Shown piece by piece: positions 9,866-19,835 of a DNA stretch of 64,000 nucleotides. Made by a program: the position numbers and the translations under genes. This DNA comes from an uncultured Arcobacter sp. (GTDB lineage: Bacteria > Campylobacterota > Campylobacteria > Campylobacterales > Arcobacteraceae): assembly GCA_965140705.1 (NCBI GenBank), contig OZ223300.1, positions 1,152,001 to 1,216,000 of the forward strand, read 5' to 3'. The notes under the pieces are model-generated. The model had not been told where the DNA came from, did no database searches, and saw only the letters and a list, made by a program, of their open reading frames with translations. The first letter of the stretch is position 1; every line of letters begins with the position of its first letter.

Positions 9866-10828
9866 TTATTTAGCTAAGTTTTGTGCTTCACCTTTTGCAA
9901 AGGCTATAACATTTTCAAAAGCTATTTTAAAATAGAGTTCATAGCTATTTTTTTCAACATAACCAAGATGTGGAGAACAAAGTACATTTTCTAAACTTAA
10001 TAAGGATTCATTTTCTTTTGTAGCAGGTTCATTTTCAAAAACATCTATTACTGCTCTTTTAGAAGGATTCTTTGACAACTCTTCATATAAAGCACCACTT
10101 TGTACTAACTGGGCTCGACTTGTATTTACAAATAAAGAGTCAGGTTTCATAAGTTGTAAATCTGCTTTCGTTACACACTCATTTGTAGTTTCATTTAGTC
10201 GTAAATGTAAAGTAATTATGTCTGATTCCTTAAAAAATTTCTCTTTTGAAGAAGTTGCCTCAAAGCCATGCTCTTTTGCTAAAATTTGTGATGGTTCTCT
10301 TCCTAAAACCAAAACATTCATACCAAAGGCATTTGCATATTTGGCAATTTTTTGACCAATTTTCCCATATCCCCAAATACCAAGAGTAAGACCATCTAAC
10401 GTTCTTCCTAATCCCAAATTACCAGATTGTTGCCAAATATTTTGTGATAGATTAGAAACATATTCAGGAATATTTCTAGAAGCTGCCATAATCAAACTCC
10501 AGCATAATTCAGATGGAGCAATAGGTGAACCAATACCTTCTGCAACTTCCACATTATATTTTTTACATAAATCAAGATTGATATGGTTGCTTATTTTTCC
10601 AGTTTGACTAATAAGTTTTAGTTTTGGAAGTTTTGATAAAAGTTCTTCTGTTATAATAGTTCTTTCTCTAATTAAAACTAAAGCATCAAAATCAGCTAAC
10701 TTGGAAGCTAATTCATCACTATTTGTATAGGTATCATTAAATATTTTTACTTCATAATTGGCTAAAAGTTTAAAACAATCAAGATTTTTCACTACATCTT
10801 GATAGTCATCTAATATTGCTATTTTCAT
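9866..10828 (-). CDS. D-2-hydroxyacid dehydrogenase family protein
   Basis: MKIAILDDYQ, IRERT, GYGKIG, NTSRA, DVFENEP, SPHLGYV. Confidence 0.88.
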   Translation of the reverse strand: MKIAILDDYQDVVKNLDCFKLLANYEVKIFNDTYTNSDELASKLADFDALVLIRERTIITEELLSKLPKLKLISQTGKISNHINLDLCKKYNVEVAEGIGSPIAPSELCWSLIMAASRNIPEYVSNLSQNIWQQSGNLGLGRTLDGLTLGIWGYGKIGQKIAKYANAFGMNVLVLGREPSQILAKEHGFEATSSKEKFFKESDIITLHLRLNETTNECVTKADLQLMKPDSLFVNTSRAQLVQSGALYEELSKNPSKRAVIDVFENEPATKENESLLSLENVLCSPHLGYVEKNSYELYFKIAFENVIAFAKGEAQNLAK

Positions 10829-10882
10829 TAAATTTCCTTTTATTCCTTTTGTTCATTGTATTTTAACTAATTCAAATAAAAA

Positions 10883-10896
10883 TCAACATATGTAAA
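10883..10896 (+). promoter_or_regulatory. Candidate Crp/Fnr-family operator upstream of the DMT gene
   Basis: TCAACATATGTAAA with palindromic core ACATATGT, about 57 bp before the start. Assignment to the Crp protein is inference. Confidence 0.4.
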
Positions 10897-10952
10897 GGAC
10901 AAAGCATTCTTTTTTGATTATTATTCTAAAATATATTTATTAAAGGATTATT

Positions 10953-11834
10953 TTGACAAATCAGATTAAAGCACATATTTTACTTTTGATTGCCACTTTT
11001 TTAGTAGCAGGTTCATTTATCGCTTCCCAAAAGCTTTCTGGGGTGATTGATCCCATATCTCTTACCCTTTGTCGTTTTGTTTTTGCTTCTATTATCTTAT
11101 CTCCCTTTATTTTTATAAATGAAAAATATCGAAGTAAAGTATTATCAACACTTCCAAGGGGTATGATTATTGGATTTTTTTATTCCCTATATTTTATAGG
11201 ATTATTCAAAGCCTTAGAGAGTACAACAGCTTTAAATACAGGAACACTTTTTACTTTGGTACCATTGATTACTGCTGTATTTGCAATATTTTTGCTTAAA
11301 CAAAAATTTGGATTAATACAGTTTATAACTTATTTAGTAGGTATTATTGGAACTTGTATTGTCATATTTAAAGGAAATTTAGAACTATTTTTAAAGTTTG
11401 AATTAAATGAGGGTGATATTATATTTTTATTTGCAATCATATCTATGTCTTTGTATTCTATATCTACAAAGTTTGTGCATAAAAAAGGTGATGAGCTTAT
11501 TGTATTGGTTTTTACAACTTTATTAAGTGGAATTATCTGGATGTCAATAGCTTTATTGGTTATGGATATACCTTTACAATGGGGAAAAATATCTGGAGAC
11601 TTAGTTTATTATATGCTTTATTTGATTATTGGGGCAACTATACTTACTGTTTATTTATATCAACAAGCATCCATAAATCTAGGTCCCAAAAAAGTCATGG
11701 CATATGTTTATATAAATCCAGCTTGTATTGCTTTATTGATGTTTCTAATCCATGGAGAACTAATTGGACTAAAAGTATTAATTGGTATTTTAATATCTTC
11801 TCTAGCCACAATAATACTTTTATCAAAGGATTAG
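10953..11834 (+). CDS. DMT/EamA-family transporter
   Basis: About 10 TM segments arranged as two EamA repeats; TTG start with AAGGA SD. Confidence 0.85.
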   Translation: MTNQIKAHILLLIATFLVAGSFIASQKLSGVIDPISLTLCRFVFASIILSPFIFINEKYRSKVLSTLPRGMIIGFFYSLYFIGLFKALESTTALNTGTLFTLVPLITAVFAIFLLKQKFGLIQFITYLVGIIGTCIVIFKGNLELFLKFELNEGDIIFLFAIISMSLYSISTKFVHKKGDELIVLVFTTLLSGIIWMSIALLVMDIPLQWGKISGDLVYYMLYLIIGATILTVYLYQQASINLGPKKVMAYVYINPACIALLMFLIHGELIGLKVLIGILISSLATIILLSKD

Positions 11835-12700
11835 TTTAATTTATCTTTTAAGTACTCTATAAAAGTTTGAAAGAGAAGATTTTTTTGTTTATCCTTATGG
11901 TAAATCAAATAAAATTCTCTTTTAAACTCAAAGTTTTTTAGTTTTATTTCAAAGAGTTGTTTACTTTTAAGTTCCTTTTCAACAGCAACTTTTGAGATGG
12001 CAGTTACACAATCATTATTGTCAATTAGTATTTTTTTAATCTCTTCAAAACCATGCAGTTCCATAAAGATATTTAGACTATTTGCATGTTTCCCTAACTT
12101 GTTTATAAATACTTCTCTAGTTCCAGACCCAACTTCCCTTAGTATCCATTTTTTCTCTATTGTATCTATGTAACTCTCTTTTGGGTAGTTCTTGTCACTA
12201 GTTACAATAATAAGTTCATCTTCATATAACTTTTCTCTTAATATATTTATGTGTGTATAATCTGTCTCTATTAGACCTATATCTAGTTTAGAATCTAATA
12301 TTCTTTCTAATATTTTTGTTGAATTTATTGTTTCAATATCAAATTTTACTTCATTGTATAGTGATAAAAAATCATAATAAATATCAGGCATGATATAGTT
12401 AGATATAGTTTTACTAGCTGCTATTTTCATATGTCCTGCTAGTTTATCTTTTTGAAAAATAGTTTGGGCATCTTTTATTGCTAAGTAGTGAGGGTAGGTT
12501 GTATCTTTAAAAAATCTTCCCCTTTCATTTAGTACTAATTTTTTCCCAACTCTATCAAATAGTTGTTCATTTAGCTTCTTTTCTAAAGACTTTATTGCTA
12601 TTGAGATAGCTGATTGACTTATGTTTAGCTCTTGGGCTACTTGTGTTACTTGTGGATTATCACTTAGTTTATAGAAAAAATTTAGCTCTTTTAGGGTCAT
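11831..12700 (-). CDS. LysR-family regulator (YeiE/CysL-like)
   Basis: HTH ISQSAISIAIKSLE..LFDR, ASKTI, REVGSGTR; divergent from a yeiH-like gene. ATG at 12700 fits the SD best. Confidence 0.85.
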   Translation of the reverse strand: MTLKELNFFYKLSDNPQVTQVAQELNISQSAISIAIKSLEKKLNEQLFDRVGKKLVLNERGRFFKDTTYPHYLAIKDAQTIFQKDKLAGHMKIAASKTISNYIMPDIYYDFLSLYNEVKFDIETINSTKILERILDSKLDIGLIETDYTHINILREKLYEDELIIVTSDKNYPKESYIDTIEKKWILREVGSGTREVFINKLGKHANSLNIFMELHGFEEIKKILIDNNDCVTAISKVAVEKELKSKQLFEIKLKNFEFKREFYLIYHKDKQKNLLFQTFIEYLKDKLN

Positions 12701-12803
12701 AATCATTCCTTATATAAAATATTTATTATTATATTAAAAATAATATATTTTACTTATTAAAATGAGACTGTTATACTTCAAAAAATAAAAAAAAGGAACT
12801 AAG

Positions 12804-13832
12804 ATGTCTTTTAGTAAACATAATAGAAAAGGAACAATAAATGGAATTATTTTTGTTGCCTTATTCTCTTTATTGGCAATATATATTTCAAATCTAGCAA
12901 TATTTAAAAATATAGGAATAAGCCCATTGATTATAGGTATTGTAATAGGGATGATATATGCCAATACTGTAAAAAGTAAATTCCCTCAAACTTGGAACAC
13001 TGGTATAAAATTCTCTACAAAAACAATTTTAAGATTGGGTATTGTTCTTTATGGTTTTAGATTGACTTTACAAAACTTACAAGATGTAGGTTTACAAGGA
13101 TTTACAGTAGCAATTTTAGTTGTAAGTTTTACTTTTATAATAGGATATTTTATAGGGGTAAAAATATTAAAGATGGATAAAGAATTAACTATCTTAATTA
13201 GTGCAGGAAGTTCTATTTGTGGAGCAGCAGCAGTTTTAGCCACTGAGTCAGTATTAAAATCACAAGCATACAAAAGTGCAATTGCAGTTTCAACTGTGGT
13301 TATTTTTGGAACAATAGCTATGTTTTTATATCCTTTTATGTATAAAGCAGGACTTGTACCCTTTGATGCAACTAATATGGGGGTATATATTGGAGGAACA
13401 CTTCACGAAGTAGCACATGTAGTAGGTGCTGGTAATGCCATAAGTAGCACAGTAGCAGAAAATGCAGTTATTGTTAAGATGATAAGAGTTATGTTATTAG
13501 CTCCATTTTTGATAATCTTATCTATATTTATAATTAAAACTGGAATATCAAAAAGTGAAGAGAAAAAGAAAATCACTATCCCTTGGTTTGCAGTTATGTT
13601 TATCTTTGTAGTTATATTTAATTCATTTGACTTTATTTCTGCAAAAGGTGTAAATCTTATTAATATTTTTGATACTTTTGCTTTAACTATGGCAATGACT
13701 GCTTTAGGGATGGAAACTAGTTTTGATAAGTTTAAAGGTGTGGGATTTAAGCCCATAATTTTAGCAACTATTCTATTTATTTGGTTAGTTTTAGGAGGTT
13801 TTTATATAGTTAAGTTTACCATTGGGTTATAA
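12804..13832 (+). CDS. yeiH: YeiH/UPF0324 putative sulfate/sulfite exporter family protein
   Basis: LRLGIVLYGFRL, GSSICGAAAV, HEVAHVVGAG, VKMIRVMLLAP, IPWFA. Confidence 0.88.
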   Translation: MSFSKHNRKGTINGIIFVALFSLLAIYISNLAIFKNIGISPLIIGIVIGMIYANTVKSKFPQTWNTGIKFSTKTILRLGIVLYGFRLTLQNLQDVGLQGFTVAILVVSFTFIIGYFIGVKILKMDKELTILISAGSSICGAAAVLATESVLKSQAYKSAIAVSTVVIFGTIAMFLYPFMYKAGLVPFDATNMGVYIGGTLHEVAHVVGAGNAISSTVAENAVIVKMIRVMLLAPFLIILSIFIIKTGISKSEEKKKITIPWFAVMFIFVVIFNSFDFISAKGVNLINIFDTFALTMAMTALGMETSFDKFKGVGFKPIILATILFIWLVLGGFYIVKFTIGL

Positions 13833-13915
13833 TTTTATATTAATTAATTAAAAGCACACTTTTTACAAACTTAATTAGTATAATATTTGTTAATTAAATT
13901 ATTAAAAGAGGGGCT

Positions 13916-15328
13916 ATGGAAACTTTACATAGAATAGAGAAAGATTTTTTGGGTGAAAAAGAGATACCTTTAGATAAGTATTATGGAATACAAACACTAA
14001 GAGCAAAAGAGAATTTTTATATTACGAAAACAGATATATCATTATTTCCAAATTTTATAAAATCACTTGCAAGAGTGAAAAAAGCTTGTGCTTTGACAAA
14101 CTTTGAGTTGGGTGATTTAACAGATGCTCAAAGAGATGCAATAGTTCAAGCTTGTAATGAAATTATTGATGGGAAGTTTCATGACCAATTTATAGTAGAT
14201 CCAATCCAAGGAGGAGCTGGAACATCTACAAATATGAATGCAAATGAAGTAATTGCAAATAGAGCCTTAGAAATTATGGGTAAACCAAAAAGTGCATATG
14301 AATTTGTTCATCCAAATAATCATATCAATATGAGTCAATCTACTAATGATGTATATCCAACAGCTATTAAACTTACACTTCATGAATTAATTTATAAACT
14401 AAAAGATTCTTTGAGATTTTTAAGGGATTGTTTTGAAGAAAAATCAGTTGAATTTAAAGACGTACTTAAAATGGGAAGAACTCAACTTCAAGATGCAGTT
14501 CCTATGACACTTGGACAAGAGTTTAAAACTTATGCAGTTATGATTGATGAAGATATTTATAGACTAAGAGATGCACAAACACTTTTAAAAGAGGTAAATC
14601 TTGGAGCTACAGCAATTGGTACAGGTATTAACTCTAAAGCTGCTTATCAAAGAAAAGTTATTAGTAATCTAAGAGAAGTAACAGGAGTAGATTATGTAGC
14701 TGCTGGTGATTTAATAGAAGCTACTCAAGATACTGGTGCTTTTGTTCATATCTCAGGAATACTAAAAAGAGTTGCAATAAAAGTTTCTAAAATATGTAAT
14801 GACCTTAGACTTTTAAGTTCAGGACCAAGAGCAGGATTCAATGAAATAAATCTTCCTCCAATGCAACCAGGAAGTTCTATCATGCCCGGAAAAGTAAATC
14901 CAGTTATTCCTGAAGTAGTAAATCAAGTTGCCTTTGAAGTAATAGGTGCAGATACTACTATTTCTATTGCTTGTGAAGGTGGACAATTACAACTTAATGT
15001 ATTTGAACCAATTATTGCATACAAACTATTCACTTCTATAAATATGATGAGAAGAGCATTTTATACTTTAGGTGAAAAATGTGTTAAAGGTATCACTGCA
15101 AATGAAGATGTTTGTATGAATAATATCTTAAATTCTGTTACTTTAGTAACTTGCCTAAATCCAATCTTAGGATATGAAAAAAGTTCAGCTCTTGCAAAAG
15201 AAGCTTTAGCAACAAATAAAAGAGTATATGACATTATTTTAGAACAAGAATTATTTACAAAAGAGGAATTAGATGAGTTATTAAAACCTGAAAATATGGT
15301 AAATAACTTAATAAAGGAAGTTCAATGA
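13916..15328 (+). CDS. aspA: Aspartate ammonia-lyase
   Basis: YYGIQTLRA, QGGAGTSTNMN, GRTQLQDA, GSSIMPGKVNPVIPE. Confidence 0.95.
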   Translation: METLHRIEKDFLGEKEIPLDKYYGIQTLRAKENFYITKTDISLFPNFIKSLARVKKACALTNFELGDLTDAQRDAIVQACNEIIDGKFHDQFIVDPIQGGAGTSTNMNANEVIANRALEIMGKPKSAYEFVHPNNHINMSQSTNDVYPTAIKLTLHELIYKLKDSLRFLRDCFEEKSVEFKDVLKMGRTQLQDAVPMTLGQEFKTYAVMIDEDIYRLRDAQTLLKEVNLGATAIGTGINSKAAYQRKVISNLREVTGVDYVAAGDLIEATQDTGAFVHISGILKRVAIKVSKICNDLRLLSSGPRAGFNEINLPPMQPGSSIMPGKVNPVIPEVVNQVAFEVIGADTTISIACEGGQLQLNVFEPIIAYKLFTSINMMRRAFYTLGEKCVKGITANEDVCMNNILNSVTLVTCLNPILGYEKSSALAKEALATNKRVYDIILEQELFTKEELDELLKPENMVNNLIKEVQ

Positions 15329-15816
15329 AAATCACTGTTTTAAATACTGGCGGAACTTTTAATAAAAGATATAATCCTATCAAAGGTGAACTTGAAGTTC
15401 CTACTGATAATTTAGCATTGGACAAGATAGTTAAATCTTGTCACAATGTAACTTTTGATATTAAAAATATTGTTTCTAAAGATAGCTTGTATTTTACAGA
15501 TGAAGATAGAGAAACTATTTTAAAAGAAGTTCAAAATAGTACAAGTGATAAAATCATAATCATACATGGAACAGATACAGTTGATTTAACATCAAAGTTC
15601 TTTGATGGGAAAATTGAAGGTAAAGTAATAGTTTTCACAGGTGCTATGGTTCCAATGAGTATTGATGAAGTTGAAGCTACTATGAACTTTTCTCAAGCTT
15701 TAGGTTTCTTAAATGCTGAGGTGAAACCTGGTATTTATATCTCTATGCATGGGGTTGTAGTGGAGCATAGTAGACTTAAAAAAGATAGATCTGTAGGACA
15801 ATTTTTAATTAATTAG
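15325..15816 (+). CDS. Short, single-domain asparaginase-like protein
   Basis: Catalytic motifs TGGTFNK and HGTDT, plus TGAMVP; only 163 aa; ATGA overlap with aspA. Confidence 0.8.
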   Translation: MKITVLNTGGTFNKRYNPIKGELEVPTDNLALDKIVKSCHNVTFDIKNIVSKDSLYFTDEDRETILKEVQNSTSDKIIIIHGTDTVDLTSKFFDGKIEGKVIVFTGAMVPMSIDEVEATMNFSQALGFLNAEVKPGIYISMHGVVVEHSRLKKDRSVGQFLIN

Positions 15817-15879
15817 CTATATTTAATAAAGTTTCATTATAATTGTATCAGTTGAAACAATTATGAAACAGGTAGATAA

Positions 15880-18489
15880 ATGCTTATTAAAAATAAAAAG
15901 AAATACACCTTATCAGATATAGAGCGATTATATTCACAAATACCACTTATATTTATAATTGTAATCGCTCTATTATCTTTCCTTATTACTTTTTTTATTT
16001 TGGATTCTAAACAAAGTAGAGAAATAGACCTTTTAAAACAAAAATACTTTTTAAACTATGAATTTACTAAAAAAGAAGAGATAACTACATTTACCTCTTA
16101 TATAGATAAAAAATTAAAAAATAGTTTTTCTAAAGAAGAGATTCACCTTAAAAATATCACTTATAAAGTAGTTGGATTTTTACAAGCAAATAAATTAAAA
16201 GATAAGAAAAACTTAGATAAATATATAAAGAATATAGAAAATACAAATGATTTGAATATTGTAATTTTTACAAAAGATGATTTGAAAATTTTATATGGTG
16301 AAAGTTCTATTTTATATCTGCAAAACCTAATTTATAGTTATAAAGATAAAAAATACAAAGAGTTTATTTTAAAATATATATATTCCCAAGGTAATGATAA
16401 TCTTCAATATTGGAAAGATGATGTTGCACGAACAGTGAGATTGAGTTTTTTCGATAGACTAACTATCCATAATAAAGAGTACTTTATTGGCTCTTTTTCC
16501 ACAATAAATTCAATCAAAGAGATTACAAAAACAGCTATTATAAATGCAATTAATAATAAAAATTTCAAAATATGGTTTTATGATATTATTTCTCAAAAGA
16601 CATATAACTTTAATGGTAATAAAAAATACGAAGATTCTAGTGAGATATTTAAAAATAAGAAATATAATAAATCATATGAAATAATAAAACATTATTTGAA
16701 TAATTTTGATTATAGTGATGAGTTTAAAAGCTTTAGTTACTTTTATGATAAATTTGATTTTTTAGTCTCTGCTTTTTATGATAAAGCCATTATTAAAAAT
16801 CAGTTAAAAGATACAATTTATAAAATCAAAAAAGAGTATAGAAATTTACTATTTAGAATATTTATGTATATTTTAGTTGGGGCTGGGTTTCTTATTTTAC
16901 TTACTTATCTTTTTACAAGTTTTATTAAAACCATTATTACAGAATACAATGATGAACTTGAGGATAGAAGAGTATCTTTAATCCATTGGAAAAAAAGATT
17001 TGAATTGGCAATTATTGCCTCAAATGATGGCTTATGGGATATAGATTTTAAGACTAAAAAAATATATTTTTCAGATAAATGGTTAGATATGTTTGGATAT
17101 AAAAAGGAAGAGTTAGAAACATTTTCTGATTGGTTTGAATTGATTCATAATGAAGATAAAGTAAAGGTGGAAAAGCTTTTTGATAAGATATTTGCAAAAG
17201 CAGGTGATACTTTTATTTGTGAATATAGATTAAAAACAAAAAGTGAAGGCTTTAAGTGGGTACTTGCAAGGGGTAAATCTTTTGTTGATGAAAATAATGA
17301 ATTAGACAGAATGCTTATGATGTCTATGGATATAGACAAAAATAAAAGAATGAAAAAAGAGTTATTGGATATTGAGCTTTTAGTTGAAGATGGAAAAATC
17401 GTAATCTTTAAGCTTATCAATGATGAGAATTTATCTGTTCAATATATCTCAAATAGTATTCAAACTTTTGGATTTAGTAAAAATATGTTTGAAAAAGAGA
17501 ATATGAGATTTATGAATCTTATTCATAAAGAAGATGTTGCAAATGTGCAAGTAGCTATTAATGCGGCAGTAAAAAAAGATCTACCAAACTTCACTTTTAC
17601 TTGTAGAATAATTAATGCTGCAAATGAAGTAAGATGGATATCAAGTAGGGTAATTCTTATCAAAAATCATTCAGGACAAGTAAGTCATTTCTATGGGTAT
17701 TTAAATGACATCACAAAAATAAAATTAAGTGAAGAGGAACTTAAATTAAAAGTTGAAGAGGAACTTGCTAAAAATAGAGAGAAAGATAGAATCTTAATCC
17801 AACAAAACAAATTAGCAGCTATGGGAGAGATGTTGGGAAATATCGCCCACCAATGGAGACAGCCACTTAATAATGTATCTTTGATACTCCAATTTTTAAG
17901 GGATAATTACAAAAACAAAGATGTAAATGATGAAAAACTTGATAAGTTTATGAATAAGGCAAATAAACACATAGAGTATATGAGTGAGACAATAGATGAT
18001 TTTAGAAACTTCTATAGACCTTCAAAAACTAAAAATGAGTTTTATGTAAATGAGTGTATAGATACCTTACTTTATATGGTAAAAAATCAATATGAAAGCC
18101 AAAATATAAAAATAAATTTTGAGTATGAAGAAGTAAAAATAACAAACTATGAAAATGAACTAAAACAAGCTTTATTAAATATCTTAAATAATGCAAAAGA
18201 TGCTTTATTGATGAGAAAAGAGAAAGAAAACTTTGATGCACATATAGATATAACATTGAAAAAAGATAATGAAAAAATGAATATAGAGATAACTAACAAT
18301 GGTGGGAATATAGAAGAAGAGATTCTATATAAAATTTACGAGCCATACTTTACAACAAAGTTTGAGATGCAAGGTACAGGAATAGGTCTTTATATGACAA
18401 AATCAATTATAGAAACTAATATGAAAGGAAAAATCGAAGTAGAAAATATAAGTGAGGGTGTGAAGTTTATTATCACACTAAATATCTAA
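15880..18489 (+). CDS. Membrane sensor histidine kinase with large periplasmic domain and two PAS domains
   Basis: Two TMs, SNDGLWD PAS motif, H-box NIAHQWRQP, GTGIGLY. Confidence 0.9.
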   Translation: MLIKNKKKYTLSDIERLYSQIPLIFIIVIALLSFLITFFILDSKQSREIDLLKQKYFLNYEFTKKEEITTFTSYIDKKLKNSFSKEEIHLKNITYKVVGFLQANKLKDKKNLDKYIKNIENTNDLNIVIFTKDDLKILYGESSILYLQNLIYSYKDKKYKEFILKYIYSQGNDNLQYWKDDVARTVRLSFFDRLTIHNKEYFIGSFSTINSIKEITKTAIINAINNKNFKIWFYDIISQKTYNFNGNKKYEDSSEIFKNKKYNKSYEIIKHYLNNFDYSDEFKSFSYFYDKFDFLVSAFYDKAIIKNQLKDTIYKIKKEYRNLLFRIFMYILVGAGFLILLTYLFTSFIKTIITEYNDELEDRRVSLIHWKKRFELAIIASNDGLWDIDFKTKKIYFSDKWLDMFGYKKEELETFSDWFELIHNEDKVKVEKLFDKIFAKAGDTFICEYRLKTKSEGFKWVLARGKSFVDENNELDRMLMMSMDIDKNKRMKKELLDIELLVEDGKIVIFKLINDENLSVQYISNSIQTFGFSKNMFEKENMRFMNLIHKEDVANVQVAINAAVKKDLPNFTFTCRIINAANEVRWISSRVILIKNHSGQVSHFYGYLNDITKIKLSEEELKLKVEEELAKNREKDRILIQQNKLAAMGEMLGNIAHQWRQPLNNVSLILQFLRDNYKNKDVNDEKLDKFMNKANKHIEYMSETIDDFRNFYRPSKTKNEFYVNECIDTLLYMVKNQYESQNIKINFEYEEVKITNYENELKQALLNILNNAKDALLMRKEKENFDAHIDITLKKDNEKMNIEITNNGGNIEEEILYKIYEPYFTTKFEMQGTGIGLYMTKSIIETNMKGKIEVENISEGVKFIITLNI

Positions 18490-18505
18490 CTTCTAAGGAT
18501 AACAA

Positions 18506-19219
18506 ATGAGTGAATATATTACAAAAGTATTATTAGTTGAAGATGAAGAAGATGCAAGGGAGATATTAAGTTTCTATCTTGATACTGTTTTTGATGAAGT
18601 AGAGATCGCCTGTGATGGAGAAGAGGGGTTTAAATTATATGAAAAAGCATACAATGAAAACAAAATCTTCGACTTGGTTTTAACAGATATCCAAATGCCA
18701 AATATGGATGGACTAACAATGATTGAAAAGATTACAAACATAAATGAAGATCAAAAGTTTATAATAGTATCAGCCTATAAAGATGAAGAGTATCTTTTCA
18801 AATCAATAAATTTAAATGTTATATCATATTTTGTAAAACCTTTGGAAGTAAAGAATATGATGGTGATGTTAAAGAAAGTAAAATCAAAAGTTTTAGAAGA
18901 TAAATCAAATGTAATTGTTGAAGATGAATTAGTAGTTTTAAATAGTACATATAAATATAATAGAAAAACTAAACAACTTTATAAAAATGATGAGTTGGTT
19001 GATTTGACAAAAAAAGAGAAACTTCTAATAGAAGCTCTTGCAAAAAATATAAAAGAGATAAAAACAAAAGAATATCTAAAAGAGTTTATTTGGAATGATG
19101 CTAATACTTCTGATGCTACTATGCGTACGGTTATAAAAAGGGTTAAAGATAAGATTGCCGATGATGATTTTATTGTTTCTAAGAAAGGGTTGGGGTATTT
19201 GATTGAGAGGGGTAATTAA
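18506..19219 (+). CDS. OmpR-family response regulator
   Basis: LLVEDE, TDIQMPNMDG, KP; winged-helix C-terminus KGLGY. Confidence 0.9.
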   Translation: MSEYITKVLLVEDEEDAREILSFYLDTVFDEVEIACDGEEGFKLYEKAYNENKIFDLVLTDIQMPNMDGLTMIEKITNINEDQKFIIVSAYKDEEYLFKSINLNVISYFVKPLEVKNMMVMLKKVKSKVLEDKSNVIVEDELVVLNSTYKYNRKTKQLYKNDELVDLTKKEKLLIEALAKNIKEIKTKEYLKEFIWNDANTSDATMRTVIKRVKDKIADDDFIVSKKGLGYLIERGN

Positions 19220-19358
19220 ATATTGTTATACACCCCTGATATATTTAATATTTTGATAAGCTATTAAGGATATACGTCAATAATCCAACATGAAAATTAT
19301 ATAAATAATAGAAATGTTTATCTTTTAAAAAGAAGTTGCCGAAGGTATAGCAGAGGGA

Positions 19359-19598
19359 TCAGCATTTTTTTCTATTTTTGTATATTCCATACAATGTTAT
19401 AGTAATCCAAAAAACTTCTATCATAAAAGAGCCTAAATTAAAATGAACAATAAGAGATATGATAAGTAATATGGCTCCTGTAAGGTTTAAGATCTGAAAT
19501 TTCAATGTACTTGTCGTTGCTTTGTTTGTTTGCAATAAAAAGTATGCATACACGACAAAAAGCATACCAATAAAACCAATAATTTGAAATGCATCCAA
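19359..19598 (-). CDS. Small membrane protein (CBU_0592-like)
   Basis: IIGFIG..AYFLLQ, LNLTGAILL, FNLGSFMIEVFW; TTG start. Confidence 0.7.
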   Translation of the reverse strand: MDAFQIIGFIGMLFVVYAYFLLQTNKATTSTLKFQILNLTGAILLIISLIVHFNLGSFMIEVFWITITLYGIYKNRKKC

Positions 19599-19835
19599 AA
19601 GAGTACCTACTTTAAAAAATTTGATTTGTAACTATAGCGAATTACCTTTAAATGTTACTAATTTATATCCATAATTTTCTGTTTGGATTAACTCTTTATA
19701 CATAACTTAAGCTCGTGTAATACGATCTAATAAAACTTACCTATCTTGTCACCATTCAGGTTTAAAGTATTAATAAGGGGTCAGACACCATTTGGCAACT
19801 TATCTGAGATAAACCTTAGTTTAGTATAGATTATA

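Noticed and set aside
19630..19740. Minus-strand MYKELIQTENYGYKL fragment resembling a winged-helix C-terminus
   Set aside because: Too short, with no supportable upstream frame.
19330..19800. Short imperfect inverted repeat (AGTTGCC...GGCAACT) around the CBU_0592-like gene, and a GGGGTCAGACACC motif
   Set aside because: The match is too short to support element ends.
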